The notes under the pieces are model-generated. The model was given only the letters and a program-made list of their open reading frames with translations, did not search any database and was not told the DNA's origin. From Patescibacteria group bacterium (lineage in GTDB: Bacteria; Patescibacteriota; Saccharimonadia; UBA4664; SCTI01), in the NCBI GenBank assembly GCA_004297735.1, contig SCTI01000002.1, positions 417,578-481,577 on the forward strand: a stretch of 64,000 nt of DNA. The letters run 5' to 3'. Below are positions 18,214 to 28,346 of this stretch, one piece after another (positions within the stretch are counted from its first letter, which is position 1; each line of letters starts with the position of its first letter). Made by a program: the position numbers and the translations under genes.

Positions 18214-19068
18214 TTGCCCTATAATAAAACCATGAGTGAACCCTGGTACCCTGCTCCTTTTCTTGGACCGGTTTTTGAACCTGGTGTTGAACCGGTGATA
18301 GCCACCGGCTACAAATACCATCCGGCCGAGATCGCGCTTCATGGAGTTGAGTCGCATAAGGCGATTGATTTTGATGCGCCACGGGGGACTAAAATTTTAG
18401 CTCCCGCCGACGGCTACTATGTGGCAACCTATGGTGAGTTTGCGTTGACCAATGAGGATGGCTCGCCCAAAACGTTGAGTCTTGAGGGGGCCTTAAAGGG
18501 TAACCCGCGCAATACCGACTTGAAAGCACCGGCTGGCAAGGGCGAGTTCCCGATCTTTTTTGGCAGCTATGTGATTCAAGGTTGGCACGGCAAGGGGCGG
18601 TACACGCAGTTTGCGCACGTTGATTGGGTGAATCCAAAGATTCCTTTTTACAAGTCGGTTGAGCTCAAGGATGAGCAAGACAAGCCGACCGGAGATCTGG
18701 CGTTTTCGCCGGTGCTGCGGGCGGTGGTCAGTGAGTATAGGAAGCCATCGGTAGCGGTAAAGCTCAAAGCCGGCGAGGTGATTGGCGAGCTTGGTATGAC
18801 CGGTTGCGGCTGGGGTCAGCGTTGTATGAAGTTTGCTAAGATCGGCAAGGATGGCCGGCCGGACTTTCGTGGCATGGATTACACCTACTACACCGAGCCG
18901 CATCTGCACTTTATGACGTTTGGTAAGCGAGTGCCGCGTAGCCGTAAGCCTTCGGCGATTTGGGATCCGTTTGGCCTGTATGGGCAGTATGATGGCGGAT
19001 ATCCCCAGGCGGTTAAAGATTGGGGTAATAAGCTAGAAGGGGCCAAGCATAACCCGTTGTGGCTTTAA
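18214..19068 (+). CDS. M23-family (LytM-like) metallopeptidase
   Basis: HKAIDFDAPRGTKILAPADGYY (HxxxD plus the APADG motif), GELGMTG, PHLHF (HxH). Confidence 0.7.
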   Translation: MPYNKTMSEPWYPAPFLGPVFEPGVEPVIATGYKYHPAEIALHGVESHKAIDFDAPRGTKILAPADGYYVATYGEFALTNEDGSPKTLSLEGALKGNPRNTDLKAPAGKGEFPIFFGSYVIQGWHGKGRYTQFAHVDWVNPKIPFYKSVELKDEQDKPTGDLAFSPVLRAVVSEYRKPSVAVKLKAGEVIGELGMTGCGWGQRCMKFAKIGKDGRPDFRGMDYTYYTEPHLHFMTFGKRVPRSRKPSAIWDPFGLYGQYDGGYPQAVKDWGNKLEGAKHNPLWL

Positions 19069-19385
19069 AAAGTAAATCCATCAAAGATATGCTCTGACCC
19101 ATAGCCGAGCCAGGCGTATACTGCAACTATCCATAGCAAAGCTATAATTGACAAAACTCGAACGGTGCCTCGGGTAAGTATGATGGCTAGTACTGCAAGA
19201 ACCGCTAGGGCAATGAGGCCGTAAGCTGCGAACGCAAAACCACCAAGACCAAAGTAAGGAATAAAGGGCAATGAGAGGCAGATTAGCGGCCCAACAGCCA
19301 ATAGTGCAATAAGGGCTATCTGGCTATTTCGGTTGAGCTTGATCATAACTATAGTGTAGCAGGAGTCGAAGCAAACTTTCAGCAA
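19065..19385 (-). CDS. Small hypothetical integral membrane protein
   Basis: 106 aa, three hydrophobic helices. Confidence 0.4.
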   Translation of the reverse strand: MLKVCFDSCYTIVMIKLNRNSQIALIALLAVGPLICLSLPFIPYFGLGGFAFAAYGLIALAVLAVLAIILTRGTVRVLSIIALLWIVAVYAWLGYGSEHIFDGFTF

Positions 19386-19400
19386 ACCCTCAGCTACCAG

Positions 19401-20093
19401 GTGTACAATTGGATTATGCGAATTCTGGTAGTTGAAGACGAAAAAAAGATTGCGGACGCTATTAAAAAGGGACTCGAGCAGGAGTCTTTTGCGGTTGATG
19501 TTGCCTACGATAGCGACGAGGGATTGTCGATGGCGACGGTTGAGCAGTACGACGTAATGATTTTTGATCGAATGCTCCCCGGTCTACTTGAGGGGGTGGA
19601 TATCGTTAAGGAACTCCGTCGGCAACAAATTCACACCCCAGTACTGTTACTGACGGCCAAAGACGGAGTCGGTGATCGAGTTGGCGGGTTGAATGCCGGC
19701 GCCGACGACTATTTAGTAAAGCCGTTCGCGTTTGAGGAACTGGTGGCCCGGGTGCGGGCACTGATGCGCCGACCGCAAGAAAGCACCGGCACGGTTTTAA
19801 AGATTGATGATCTAACGCTGGATACCTCAACCTATGAGGTTAAACGGGCGGGCAAAAAGGTGGAGCTGACGACTAAGGAGTTTGCGCTGCTAGAGTATAT
19901 GATGCGCAACCAAAACCAGACTTTAACCAAAAACAACATCATTCAGCATGTATGGGATTTTGATTCCGATGTGCTGCCAAATACGGTTGAGGTGTACGTT
20001 GGCTACTTGCGTAATAAGATAGATAAACCGTTTAAAGGTCCAAATTTAATCCATACCTCCAGGGGGTTTGGCTATAAGTTGGCGGTGGAGTAA
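19401..20093 (+). CDS. OmpR-family response regulator (REC + winged-helix)
   Basis: MRILVVEDE...D...LPG...LLLTAK, C-terminal LTKKEFALLEYMMRN...GYLRNKID. The likely start is the second ATG at 19416. Confidence 0.9.
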   Translation: MYNWIMRILVVEDEKKIADAIKKGLEQESFAVDVAYDSDEGLSMATVEQYDVMIFDRMLPGLLEGVDIVKELRRQQIHTPVLLLTAKDGVGDRVGGLNAGADDYLVKPFAFEELVARVRALMRRPQESTGTVLKIDDLTLDTSTYEVKRAGKKVELTTKEFALLEYMMRNQNQTLTKNNIIQHVWDFDSDVLPNTVEVYVGYLRNKIDKPFKGPNLIHTSRGFGYKLAVE

Positions 20094-20096
20094 GCA

Positions 20097-21125
20097 ATGT
20101 TTCGTTCGGCCATTGTTAAGCTAACCGCCGCCTACCTGGGCATCTTAATGATTATTAGTCTTGGTTTTAGCGCGGCGGTATACCAGGTTTCGTATAACGC
20201 CCTGGATGAAAGTTTACGCTTGCAAATTGAGGCAATTCAGCACCAGCCGCGGTTTCGCTACCTGCCACCGACGGCTGATTTTTTGCAGATTCACGACGAA
20301 CAGTTGGAGCAGGGGCGAGACCGCATTGCCTTTAAACTTTTACTGGTAAACCTGATTGTTTTAGTTGTTGGAGGGGTTGGTAGTTACTGGTTGGCTGGTC
20401 GCACTTTGCGTCCGATTGAGGACGCGCTGGAGTCTCAGACGCGTTTTGCGGCCGATGCCTCACATGAACTACGGACGCCGCTAACGGCCATGCGAACCGA
20501 AATCGAGGTGGCATTACGCGACAAAAGCCTCAGGGTCGCGGACGCCAAAAACTTATTAGAAAGTAATCTTGAGGAGATCGATAAGCTGCGCAGTTTGGCG
20601 AACAGTCTACTAACTTTGTCGCGTTACCAGGCCGGCGGTCGAGTGGTATTTACCCAAACCGATACCAAGACGGTACTGGATATTGCGGTTAAGCGAGTGG
20701 AGGCCATAACCAAGGAGACCGGTGCCGTAATCAAGGTGGTCGGCGACAAGGTGAGCTTGCGGGGTGAACAGGAAAGTCTGGTGGCACTGGTGGTGATCTT
20801 ACTCGAAAATGCGATGAAATATCGTCAGGCCAAACCCAAGATAGAGGTAGCGGTGCGGCGGGTGGGTCGTCGCGCTGAGATCGAGGTTAAGGATAATGGC
20901 ATTGGTATAAAAGAGCAGGACTTGCCTAAAATTTTTGATCGCTTTTACCGAGCCGATGCCTCTAGGTCTAAATCGGTTGAAGGCTATGGGCTTGGCCTAT
21001 CGATTGCTAAACAGATAGCCGCTATGCATCACGGGACGATCACGGCTAGCAGCAAGACCGGCAAGGGTACGACCATGGTGGTAGCTTTACCGCTCAACCA
21101 GCCCAAACAAAGTTTGCCGGTTTAA
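20097..21125 (+). CDS. Sensor histidine kinase (2 TM, HisKA + HATPase_c)
   Basis: H-box SHELRTPLTAM. N/G boxes VKDNGIGI, GYGLGLSIAKQIAAMHHG. Sits 4 nt after the response regulator. Confidence 0.9.
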   Translation: MFRSAIVKLTAAYLGILMIISLGFSAAVYQVSYNALDESLRLQIEAIQHQPRFRYLPPTADFLQIHDEQLEQGRDRIAFKLLLVNLIVLVVGGVGSYWLAGRTLRPIEDALESQTRFAADASHELRTPLTAMRTEIEVALRDKSLRVADAKNLLESNLEEIDKLRSLANSLLTLSRYQAGGRVVFTQTDTKTVLDIAVKRVEAITKETGAVIKVVGDKVSLRGEQESLVALVVILLENAMKYRQAKPKIEVAVRRVGRRAEIEVKDNGIGIKEQDLPKIFDRFYRADASRSKSVEGYGLGLSIAKQIAAMHHGTITASSKTGKGTTMVVALPLNQPKQSLPV

Positions 21126-21183
21126 GCATTTTCTCAGACTCAATTTGTAGTATGGCTATGTCATTAAGGCATAAGGAGGAACC

Positions 21184-21714
21184 ATGCGCGTACGAAAAAC
21201 CATGGTGGCGGCAGGGGCGGCTACCGTTATTGGGCTAGGCTCGATGGTGGGCGTGGCATCGGCGCAGACCAGCACTACCGGTACTAGCTTGGTAGATAAG
21301 ATTTCTCAGCGTTTTAACGTTGATAAGAACGAGGTCCAAAAGGTGTTCGATGAGGACCATACTGCGCGGGAGGCGGAGCGTGAGCAGCGTTATGAACAGC
21401 GGCTAACGCAGGCGGTTAAGGATGGTAAATTAACCGAGGATCAAAAGGCGAAGATTCTAGCCAAGCACAAAGAGCTTGAGGCTCAAATGGAGCAAAAGCG
21501 AGGATCAATGAAGGCGGAAAGAGATGCGATGGACGGCAAAACCGAAGCCGAGCGTCAGCAGCTGATGGAGCAACGTAAGGCCGAGATGGATAAGCTCAAG
21601 TCGGATATTGAGGCCTGGGAGAAAGCCAACGGCATACCAACCGGTTACTTGATGATGGGAGGTCCTGGCGGCGGTATGCGCGGTCACGGCGGCCCGGGAG
21701 GTGCCAACCTTTAA
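21184..21714 (+). CDS. Secreted LTXXQ-motif (Spy/CpxP-like) extracytoplasmic stress protein with Gly-rich C-terminus
   Basis: Signal peptide MVAAGAATVIGLGSMVGVASA, KLTEDQKAKI (LTXXQ), helical charged body. Immediately downstream of the two-component pair. Confidence 0.55.
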   Translation: MRVRKTMVAAGAATVIGLGSMVGVASAQTSTTGTSLVDKISQRFNVDKNEVQKVFDEDHTAREAEREQRYEQRLTQAVKDGKLTEDQKAKILAKHKELEAQMEQKRGSMKAERDAMDGKTEAERQQLMEQRKAEMDKLKSDIEAWEKANGIPTGYLMMGGPGGGMRGHGGPGGANL

Positions 21715-21756
21715 CTACCCTACTACTAACGAAAGATGACCTTCACCCAAATAAAA

Positions 21757-21783
21757 ACGGCCCCCTGGAGGGGTCGTTTTTAT
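21757..21783 (+). terminator. Rho-independent terminator
   Basis: acggcccc-ctgga-ggggtcgt hairpin followed by TTTTTATT, and preceded by an A-run (so possibly bidirectional). Confidence 0.75.
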
Positions 21784-21872
21784 TGAGGCTTGTGGTCAAT
21801 ATGCCAATGCTTTAAGCTACCACTAGTGTGGTTTTTAAGGATATCCTCAGTTTTGGGTTGTAGGTTGTTTGT

Positions 21873-23051
21873 ATGAGTAAGACTCAAGGCAGCAGCCGAA
21901 TTTTAGCATTGGATTTATTGCGCGGTTACTTATTGGTGGTTATTTTAATTGACCATTTGGCGCTGTTTCCGGGTGGGTTTGAACTTATAACCGGTAAGGG
22001 CTGGCTGTGGGCCTCGGCCGCCGAAGGGTTCTTTATTATTTCGGGAATGATGATTGGATTGATTCGCGGCAAAGAGTTACGTAAGCGGCCTTTTAACGAG
22101 GTGCGGAACAAAATTTGGCAGCGAGCGGCTCAGCTGTATTTGTGGGCGGTTGGTTTAACGCTGGCCTTTACCGCGATCGGCTTACTCTTTATCGGTCACG
22201 CCGACTTAAAACCCGGACTGGCGGTTGGCCAATCCTGGCCGACCTTAATTTGGCAGTCGCTCAGCTTTCAGTACCTTTACGGGTGGGCCGACTTTTTGTC
22301 GCACTACGCGATCTGTATGGCACTGGCTCCACTGGCGCTGTACGCCTTGCATAAAGGTTGGTGGCGTCAGCTAATTGCCGGTTCGTTACTAATTTGGTGG
22401 TTCCGCGGTAGCAACTTTGTGGCGGCCTGGCAGCTGTTGTTTGCAGGCGGAATGATAGCCGGCTACTATCTTAAACCACTAGAAGCATGGGTGAGCAACT
22501 GGTCATCAATTACCCGTCGACAGGTGCGGCAATCGATGGTGGCGTTGAGCGTCATAACTGTAAGTCTGAGCGTGCTGGTGGTTCATGTCCGGCCATGGCT
22601 ACATCAATCCCCACCGGCGAGCGGCTTAAGCGCTCAGTTGGTTGGCGGTCTGCAAGGTCTAGCCACGCTAACCGGCGACTGGTTCGATAAGCTGTCTTTG
22701 GCGCCTGGAAGAATCTTGATGGCTGCGCTCTGGTTCGCCACCATTTACGTCTTGTTCCGTAAGTACGAAACCGCAATCGATCGTTGGCTTGGCTGGTTGC
22801 TGCTGCCGATGGGGCGCAACAGCCTGTTTGTGTATATCGCTCAAAGTATATTGGTGTTCCTGGTGCCACTGTTTTTGCCAACCACCACCAACCTACTGGT
22901 TAATCTTGGCTTAAACGCGCTGGCCATACTGTTTATTTGGCGAATCACACTGCTGTATAGCCATGAGCAAAAGGCAAAGCAAAGAGCCGACCAGGCCGCC
23001 AACCTCAACCCAGCACCAATTGGTACTACCGGTCTTAATCTGGAATCATAA
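21873..23051 (+). CDS. OpgC-family integral membrane protein (putative glucan/acyl modification)
   Basis: LDLLRGYLLVVILIDHLALFP...ASAAEGFFIISGMMIGL matches the OpgC N-terminal signature. At least 8 TM segments. Confidence 0.55.
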   Translation: MSKTQGSSRILALDLLRGYLLVVILIDHLALFPGGFELITGKGWLWASAAEGFFIISGMMIGLIRGKELRKRPFNEVRNKIWQRAAQLYLWAVGLTLAFTAIGLLFIGHADLKPGLAVGQSWPTLIWQSLSFQYLYGWADFLSHYAICMALAPLALYALHKGWWRQLIAGSLLIWWFRGSNFVAAWQLLFAGGMIAGYYLKPLEAWVSNWSSITRRQVRQSMVALSVITVSLSVLVVHVRPWLHQSPPASGLSAQLVGGLQGLATLTGDWFDKLSLAPGRILMAALWFATIYVLFRKYETAIDRWLGWLLLPMGRNSLFVYIAQSILVFLVPLFLPTTTNLLVNLGLNALAILFIWRITLLYSHEQKAKQRADQAANLNPAPIGTTGLNLES

Positions 23052-23076
23052 GCGCTATTACTGATATAGTAGTAGC

Positions 23077-23667
23077 ATGAAACCGCTTGGCAATCTGAAC
23101 CAAACCCTCAAGCGCATCTTTATACCAACCCCGCTTCAGGTTTTTGTGAGCCTGGGCGTGGCCGTGGCAATAATGGTGATCGCTTACCGTAATTTATTGG
23201 TAGCCCTAGCCGCTCAAGGCTCTTATGTGCCGGAGTCCGACATTAGCCAGACGCTAAATGACCAATTGGTACAACTCAGCTCGCTGCCTTTTATTGAAAA
23301 ACTGTCGGTTGGCCTGTTTTGGGCGGCGGTGGCTTGTGTGGCCTACATTGGCTACATCGCGGTGAGCAACGTTTTAATATCGATGCGAAACAACTATGTT
23401 ATTGATACGCAGTTTCTTAACGAAGAAGGCAGCTGGCGCCACCGTGCCCACTCGTTGGTGGTTAAGGCTGGTTGGCTGGTCTTACTGCTGGGGACGGTGG
23501 TGCTAACCTTAACGGTGCTTTTGCCGTTGTGGCTGAGCATGTTTGGCGACCCGTTGCTGGTCGGGGCCGAGCTCCCGATTATATACGTCCCCTTGGGCTT
23601 ACTGGGGCTAACAGTAAACGTTTATGTGGTTTGGATGTTGATTCTTGCAATTAAGTACTCTGAGTAG
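23077..23667 (+). CDS. Hypothetical integral membrane protein
   Basis: 196 aa, 4-5 hydrophobic helices. Confidence 0.45.
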   Translation: MKPLGNLNQTLKRIFIPTPLQVFVSLGVAVAIMVIAYRNLLVALAAQGSYVPESDISQTLNDQLVQLSSLPFIEKLSVGLFWAAVACVAYIGYIAVSNVLISMRNNYVIDTQFLNEEGSWRHRAHSLVVKAGWLVLLLGTVVLTLTVLLPLWLSMFGDPLLVGAELPIIYVPLGLLGLTVNVYVVWMLILAIKYSE

Positions 23668-23675
23668 CGGCTGAT

Positions 23676-25367
23676 ATGAATGGCGAGGTGAGATCAGCTG
23701 GTTTAGAAACAACCGAATGGTGGAAGGGCGGACTAATCTACCAGATTTACGTGCGCTCTTTTTTTGACAGCAACGATGACGGAATTGGCGATTTGCAGGG
23801 CGTAATTGCTAAACTGGACTACCTGCAAGAACTGGGCGTGGACGGAATTTGGCTGTCCCCCATAACGGTGAGCGCCAACGCCGATTGGGGCTACGACGTG
23901 ATTGATTATTACAATGTTGATCCCGATTTGGGAACGCTGGAGGACTTTGATCAGCTCATTGCCGAAGCTCACAGCCGTTCGATCAAGGTCATTACCGACT
24001 TTGTACCTAATCACACCAGTACTAAGCACCCATGGTTTCAAAACGCTCTTACCGGCCGAGGAGCAACCTATCGGGATTGGTATATCTGGGCCGATCCAAA
24101 GTATGGGCGGCGGCCGCCGTCAAACTGGCGCTCCGCATTTGGCGGTGGAGCCTGGAAGTACCATCCATCAACCAAGCAGTACTACTTACACAACTTCCTT
24201 ACCGATCAAGCTGACCTAAACTGGCGCAATCCAAAAGTGCGCCAGGAGTTTGAGAAAATTATGAAGTTTTGGTTTGGTCGTGGCGTTGATGGGTTCAGGA
24301 TAGATGTGTTTAACATGCTGATTAAGGACGATCGCTTTAGGGACAATCCAGGTGTTCGCGATAACGACGGGCTAGAGGTTAAACTACTGGGGCAGCGGCC
24401 GGTTTATAACATTTCGCGGCCGGAATTACATGACATCCTAAAGTCCTGGCGCGACATTGCGGAATCGTACAAAGAGCACAAGCTGCTGCTGGGCGAGAGC
24501 ACTCTGTTGTACAACGTGCGTCAGCTCGCCTCCTACTACGGCTCGCACGATGAGCTGCAACTAGCCTTTAACTTGATGTTTATTCACACCCCGTTTAGGG
24601 CTAAAGACTTGCGCCGAGTGGTTGAGCGAACCGAAGCGGCGATTGTGGCCCCGGATTGGCCGGTATGGACCGGTTCAAACCATGATCAGCCAAGATTCCC
24701 GAGTCGTTGGGCCGCCGGCGATCCGCGGCGAGCGCGTCTGGCACTCATGATGCTGTTGACCTTACGGGGAACCCCGGTGCTTTATTACGGTGATGAGATT
24801 GGCTTGGTTAACACCAACGTACCGCCATGGAAGTTAAAGGATCCGGTAGGGAGGCGACTGTGGCCAATCTACCCTGGGCGAGATCGAGCTCGTACCCCGA
24901 TGCCGTGGGCCGATGTTGCTGGCGGCGGCTTTACCGATCCTGATGTCACGCCGTGGTTGCCGTTTGGTGATCTAAACAAATACAGCGTGGGTACACAGTG
25001 GCAGCTCAAGGACTCAACCTGGAACTTTACCAGAGATTTAGTGGCTTTGCGCCGTCGTTTGCCCGACTTGCAGACCGGCCGTTATGGTTCGTTGTCGGTC
25101 GCGCCAAACGTGTGGGCCTGGGAGCGTGGCAAGGCGACCAAGGTGGTATTAAATATGTCATCACAGCCACAGGATATAAACGGTTTGGTTGGTCAGGTTG
25201 AGATTGGAACCAACCGTCAACGCGATGGCGAAATCATCACCCAGCACCTCTACCTAGAGCCGTGGGAGGGCGTAGTATTAACGGCGGTTCCTGGTGCAAA
25301 AACCGGTAAACAGCCGGCCAGCAAGGCAAAGTTAAAAGTTAGTCGGTCGAAAAGTCGGCACCGATAG
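23676..25367 (+). CDS. GH13 alpha-glucosidase / oligo-1,6-glucosidase-like alpha-amylase family enzyme
   Basis: WWKGGLIYQIYVRSFFDSNDDGIGDL, DGIWLSPI, DFVPNHTS, GVDGFRIDV. The C-terminal tail is lysine-rich. Confidence 0.85.
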   Translation: MNGEVRSAGLETTEWWKGGLIYQIYVRSFFDSNDDGIGDLQGVIAKLDYLQELGVDGIWLSPITVSANADWGYDVIDYYNVDPDLGTLEDFDQLIAEAHSRSIKVITDFVPNHTSTKHPWFQNALTGRGATYRDWYIWADPKYGRRPPSNWRSAFGGGAWKYHPSTKQYYLHNFLTDQADLNWRNPKVRQEFEKIMKFWFGRGVDGFRIDVFNMLIKDDRFRDNPGVRDNDGLEVKLLGQRPVYNISRPELHDILKSWRDIAESYKEHKLLLGESTLLYNVRQLASYYGSHDELQLAFNLMFIHTPFRAKDLRRVVERTEAAIVAPDWPVWTGSNHDQPRFPSRWAAGDPRRARLALMMLLTLRGTPVLYYGDEIGLVNTNVPPWKLKDPVGRRLWPIYPGRDRARTPMPWADVAGGGFTDPDVTPWLPFGDLNKYSVGTQWQLKDSTWNFTRDLVALRRRLPDLQTGRYGSLSVAPNVWAWERGKATKVVLNMSSQPQDINGLVGQVEIGTNRQRDGEIITQHLYLEPWEGVVLTAVPGAKTGKQPASKAKLKVSRSKSRHR

Positions 25368-26649
25368 CGGATAGCTTATCGGTAACGGTTGGGCCGTACC
25401 CGCGGATTAAATGTTCAACCCCACTTAGGCGAGAGGTTCCTGGCGCGACCAGGGCGGCGATGACGTAGGCCATGCCGGCCCTAATGTCGGGCATCTCAAT
25501 ATCGGTTGCAGTTAGAGGGGTGGCGCCACCAATAATAGCGCTGTGCTTGTAGCCTTTGCCCTTAAAGCGACAGTGCAACTCCCCCAGGCACTTAGAAAAC
25601 ACCCCAATATTGGCGCCCATTTGCCGCAGCGCTTCGGTATAGCCAAAGCGATCCTCAAACACCGTCTCGTGAATCACCGACATACCTTGAGCCTGAGTTA
25701 GCAGTACCACCATGGGCTGCTGCCAGTCGGTCATAAAGCCAGGATGAGTGTCGGTTTCGAGTTCAATACCGCGTAACGGCTGGTTGCCGCGCGCAAACCG
25801 AATGCCATCACTTTCGATTTGGTAGCTTGCACCCACTCGCCGCAAAGTGTTAAGAAAGGTGATCATATCATCCTGCTTGGCGCCCTTAACCAGGATATCT
25901 CCTCCGGTAGCAATAGCGGCGACCGCGTAGGAGGCGGCCTCCATGCGGTCGGGCATAACCGTAAAATCAACGCCGCCAAGGCGCTCAACCCCATCAATAA
26001 TAATCACGCGATTGGCACGGAACTCAATAATGGCTCCCATCTGCTGCAGCATCTTAATTAAATCTACAATCTCCGGTTCGATCGCGGCATTGTGAATATA
26101 GGTCCGACCCTTAGCTAGAGTGGCGGCCAGAATAATGTTTTCGGTACCCATAACGGTAGGGAAGGGCAGATGAATCGTAGCCCCGTGTAGGCCGGTGGTT
26201 TGGGCGTCGTACTCACCCTGCTTTTCTTCAAACGTCGCTCCCATTTGTTTGAGGGCGTTAATATGAAAGTTGACCGGGCGTGGCCCAATGTTGTCGCCGC
26301 TAGCCAGCGGCAGCTCGGCGTGACCGGCGCGGTGCAGCAGGGGCGAAATCGCTAACACGCTGAGTCGATTTTGGCGGCTCTGTTTAGCCACCTTGGTGTT
26401 GGTGATTTTGGGGGTGTGTATGTTAAGCTCATTACCGTCACGAATCACCCTAGCGCCAACCGCTTCAAGAATGTCGGCCGTAATATCGACCTCGCTAATG
26501 TCCGGTACATTGCGGAGGGTGACCGGCTGATCGGTTAGTAGGCTAGCGATCATCATCTTGCTAATCGCGTTTTTGGCGCCACCAATTGTGACTGTGCCAT
26601 GTAGGGGCTTGCCGCCGGTGATCGATATGGTATTCTTCATCGCTACCAT
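25339..26649 (-). CDS. murA: UDP-N-acetylglucosamine 1-carboxyvinyltransferase
   Basis: KNTISITGGKPLHGTVTIGGAKNA...LRNVPDISEV is the MurA N-terminus, length about 430 aa. Its 3' end overlaps the GH13 gene by 29 nt (convergent). Confidence 0.9.
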   Translation of the reverse strand: MVAMKNTISITGGKPLHGTVTIGGAKNAISKMMIASLLTDQPVTLRNVPDISEVDITADILEAVGARVIRDGNELNIHTPKITNTKVAKQSRQNRLSVLAISPLLHRAGHAELPLASGDNIGPRPVNFHINALKQMGATFEEKQGEYDAQTTGLHGATIHLPFPTVMGTENIILAATLAKGRTYIHNAAIEPEIVDLIKMLQQMGAIIEFRANRVIIIDGVERLGGVDFTVMPDRMEAASYAVAAIATGGDILVKGAKQDDMITFLNTLRRVGASYQIESDGIRFARGNQPLRGIELETDTHPGFMTDWQQPMVVLLTQAQGMSVIHETVFEDRFGYTEALRQMGANIGVFSKCLGELHCRFKGKGYKHSAIIGGATPLTATDIEMPDIRAGMAYVIAALVAPGTSRLSGVEHLIRGYGPTVTDKLSAIGADFSTD

Positions 26650-26725
26650 TGTAGCGCGCCAAACGGTTTCGTACTAGCGCAACATAAGCAATATGGTATG
26701 ATAGGGGCAATAAGAAAGAAAACCT

Positions 26726-27532
26726 ATGGCAACGGCAAAAACCACCAAAAATCCGATCCCAGTAAAGTACGAGTCAAACCCATTTAATTTAATAACCGCG
26801 TCGCTGGAGGCCTACAAGCTCAACATTCGTGGCTTGGTGTTCGCAATAGTTTCGCTTTTTGTGATAGCGCTCTTCTTTGTGATCGCGGTGATTGTGGCGG
26901 CCGGCATGGTTTATAGCGGTTTGAGCGGGGGTGCGGCGTTGTTCGGAGGGCTTTTATTGCTGCTTTTACTGTTCTCGCTGTATGCTCTTTATATTCAGAA
27001 TTTCCTGCTGGTGATTATGCTGGCGGCGGCGCAGGGTCAGCGATTAAGTATCGGTGAAGGCAGTAAGCGAGCGATTCGGCTAATTCCTAAACTGTTTGTA
27101 GTCGGTTTGCTCTACGCCTTAGCGGTGATAGGCGGATTCATCTTGTTTATCATCCCAGGCTTCATCTTTATGGCTTGGTTTGCGCTGGCATCCCTCGCCG
27201 CAATTCACGAAGATCTTGGTCCGGTCGCGGCGTTAAAGCGGAGTCGCCAGCTAGTGCGCGATCATCTTATTGAAACCTGGGGGCTCTTGGGCCTGCAAAG
27301 CACCATTCTTGGTATAGTCATGCTTGCCTCGATGCCAGTTCGTTATCTCCAGCTGGTTCAGCTTAAAGACGGTAAGCTGGATAAGGCTGAGCTGCACTGG
27401 GCTAACTATGTTGCAATCGTAATTGGTATGGTTTCGGGTATAACCCTCAATATTCCGCAGGAAAAACCCCAAAAGCCGTACCAGCCCCCGGCTCCTCATT
27501 ACGAAGTCGGTAACGGCGGCCCGTCACTTTAG
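26726..27532 (+). CDS. Hypothetical polytopic membrane protein
   Basis: 268 aa with at least 6 hydrophobic helices and a Pro-rich C-terminus. Confidence 0.45.
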   Translation: MATAKTTKNPIPVKYESNPFNLITASLEAYKLNIRGLVFAIVSLFVIALFFVIAVIVAAGMVYSGLSGGAALFGGLLLLLLLFSLYALYIQNFLLVIMLAAAQGQRLSIGEGSKRAIRLIPKLFVVGLLYALAVIGGFILFIIPGFIFMAWFALASLAAIHEDLGPVAALKRSRQLVRDHLIETWGLLGLQSTILGIVMLASMPVRYLQLVQLKDGKLDKAELHWANYVAIVIGMVSGITLNIPQEKPQKPYQPPAPHYEVGNGGPSL

Positions 27533-27567
27533 ATTATTACTTAACCTAGATATAATGAGGCGGTTGT

Positions 27568-27644
27568 GCGCCCGTAGCTCAGTTGGATAGAGCGTTGGTT
27601 TCCGGTACCAAAGGCCGGGGGTTCGAGTCCCTCCGGGCGCACCA
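27568..27644 (+). tRNA. tRNA-Arg (anticodon CCG)
   Basis: Acceptor gcgcccg/cgggcgc, anticodon loop ttccggt, T-arm gggggttcgagtccc, CCA encoded. Confidence 0.8.
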
Positions 27645-27753
27645 GCAATAATTACTGAATAATACTTGTGTTTTTAAAGTAAATATGTTATTATATGCAA
27701 TCTCGTAATTAAATAGCGGGACAACGCACCTCGACTTTAGAAAGTGGGTCATC

Positions 27754-28140
27754 ATGGCCAAGCAGTCCAAGGTGAAGCTTCGCGAGAAGCCGAAGCAGAC
27801 TCGAAAGAGCGAGCAGGCCAAGACTGAGGCGGTGGCGATCACCAAGGCGCTCGGTCATCCGCAGCGGCGACAGGTGATCATCTGCCTTTCGGTCGGCGAC
27901 AAGGCGATGAGCAGCCCCAGCAAGGTGGCTGACTTCATCGACGAACCGCTCGGAACCGTCAGCTACCACGCGCGAAAGCTCCTCGAACTGGGGATGATCG
28001 CCGAGTTCGACACGACGCCGGCTCGGGGCGCCATCGAGCACCACTACCGGCTCACCGCACTCGGCAAGCGGGCGTTCGAGCGCATCACGCTCGACAACCC
28101 CGAGGAGGTCGATGCTTTGCTCGAGCCCGACGAGTCGTAA
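27754..28140 (+). CDS. ArsR/SmtB-like winged-helix transcriptional regulator (foreign, high GC3)
   Basis: HPQRRQVIICL...MSSPSKVADFIDEPLGTVSYHARKLLELGMI. About 63% GC with strong GC3 bias, unlike the flanking genes. Confidence 0.55.
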   Translation: MAKQSKVKLREKPKQTRKSEQAKTEAVAITKALGHPQRRQVIICLSVGDKAMSSPSKVADFIDEPLGTVSYHARKLLELGMIAEFDTTPARGAIEHHYRLTALGKRAFERITLDNPEEVDALLEPDES

Positions 28141-28346
28141 GGCTCACAACCGGTTCCGATAGACGAAAGTCCGTCGGAACCGGCCAACGCAATTATTTTT
28201 AATGCTACAATACAGCAACGTAGTTCATGTAAAACTCAACTTAAGGCTGGTCTATCCTGAAAACATCGATTGAACCCACCGATGCAGATCGGCAGCTCAA
28301 GGATGACTTTGACGCTGTCCACGCCAAGTTTGCCGGACGCGATCCG

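Noticed and set aside
27579-27845. 88-aa minus-strand ORF
   Set aside because: It overlaps tRNA-Arg(CCG) and the antisense strand of the ArsR-like gene. It has no RBS.
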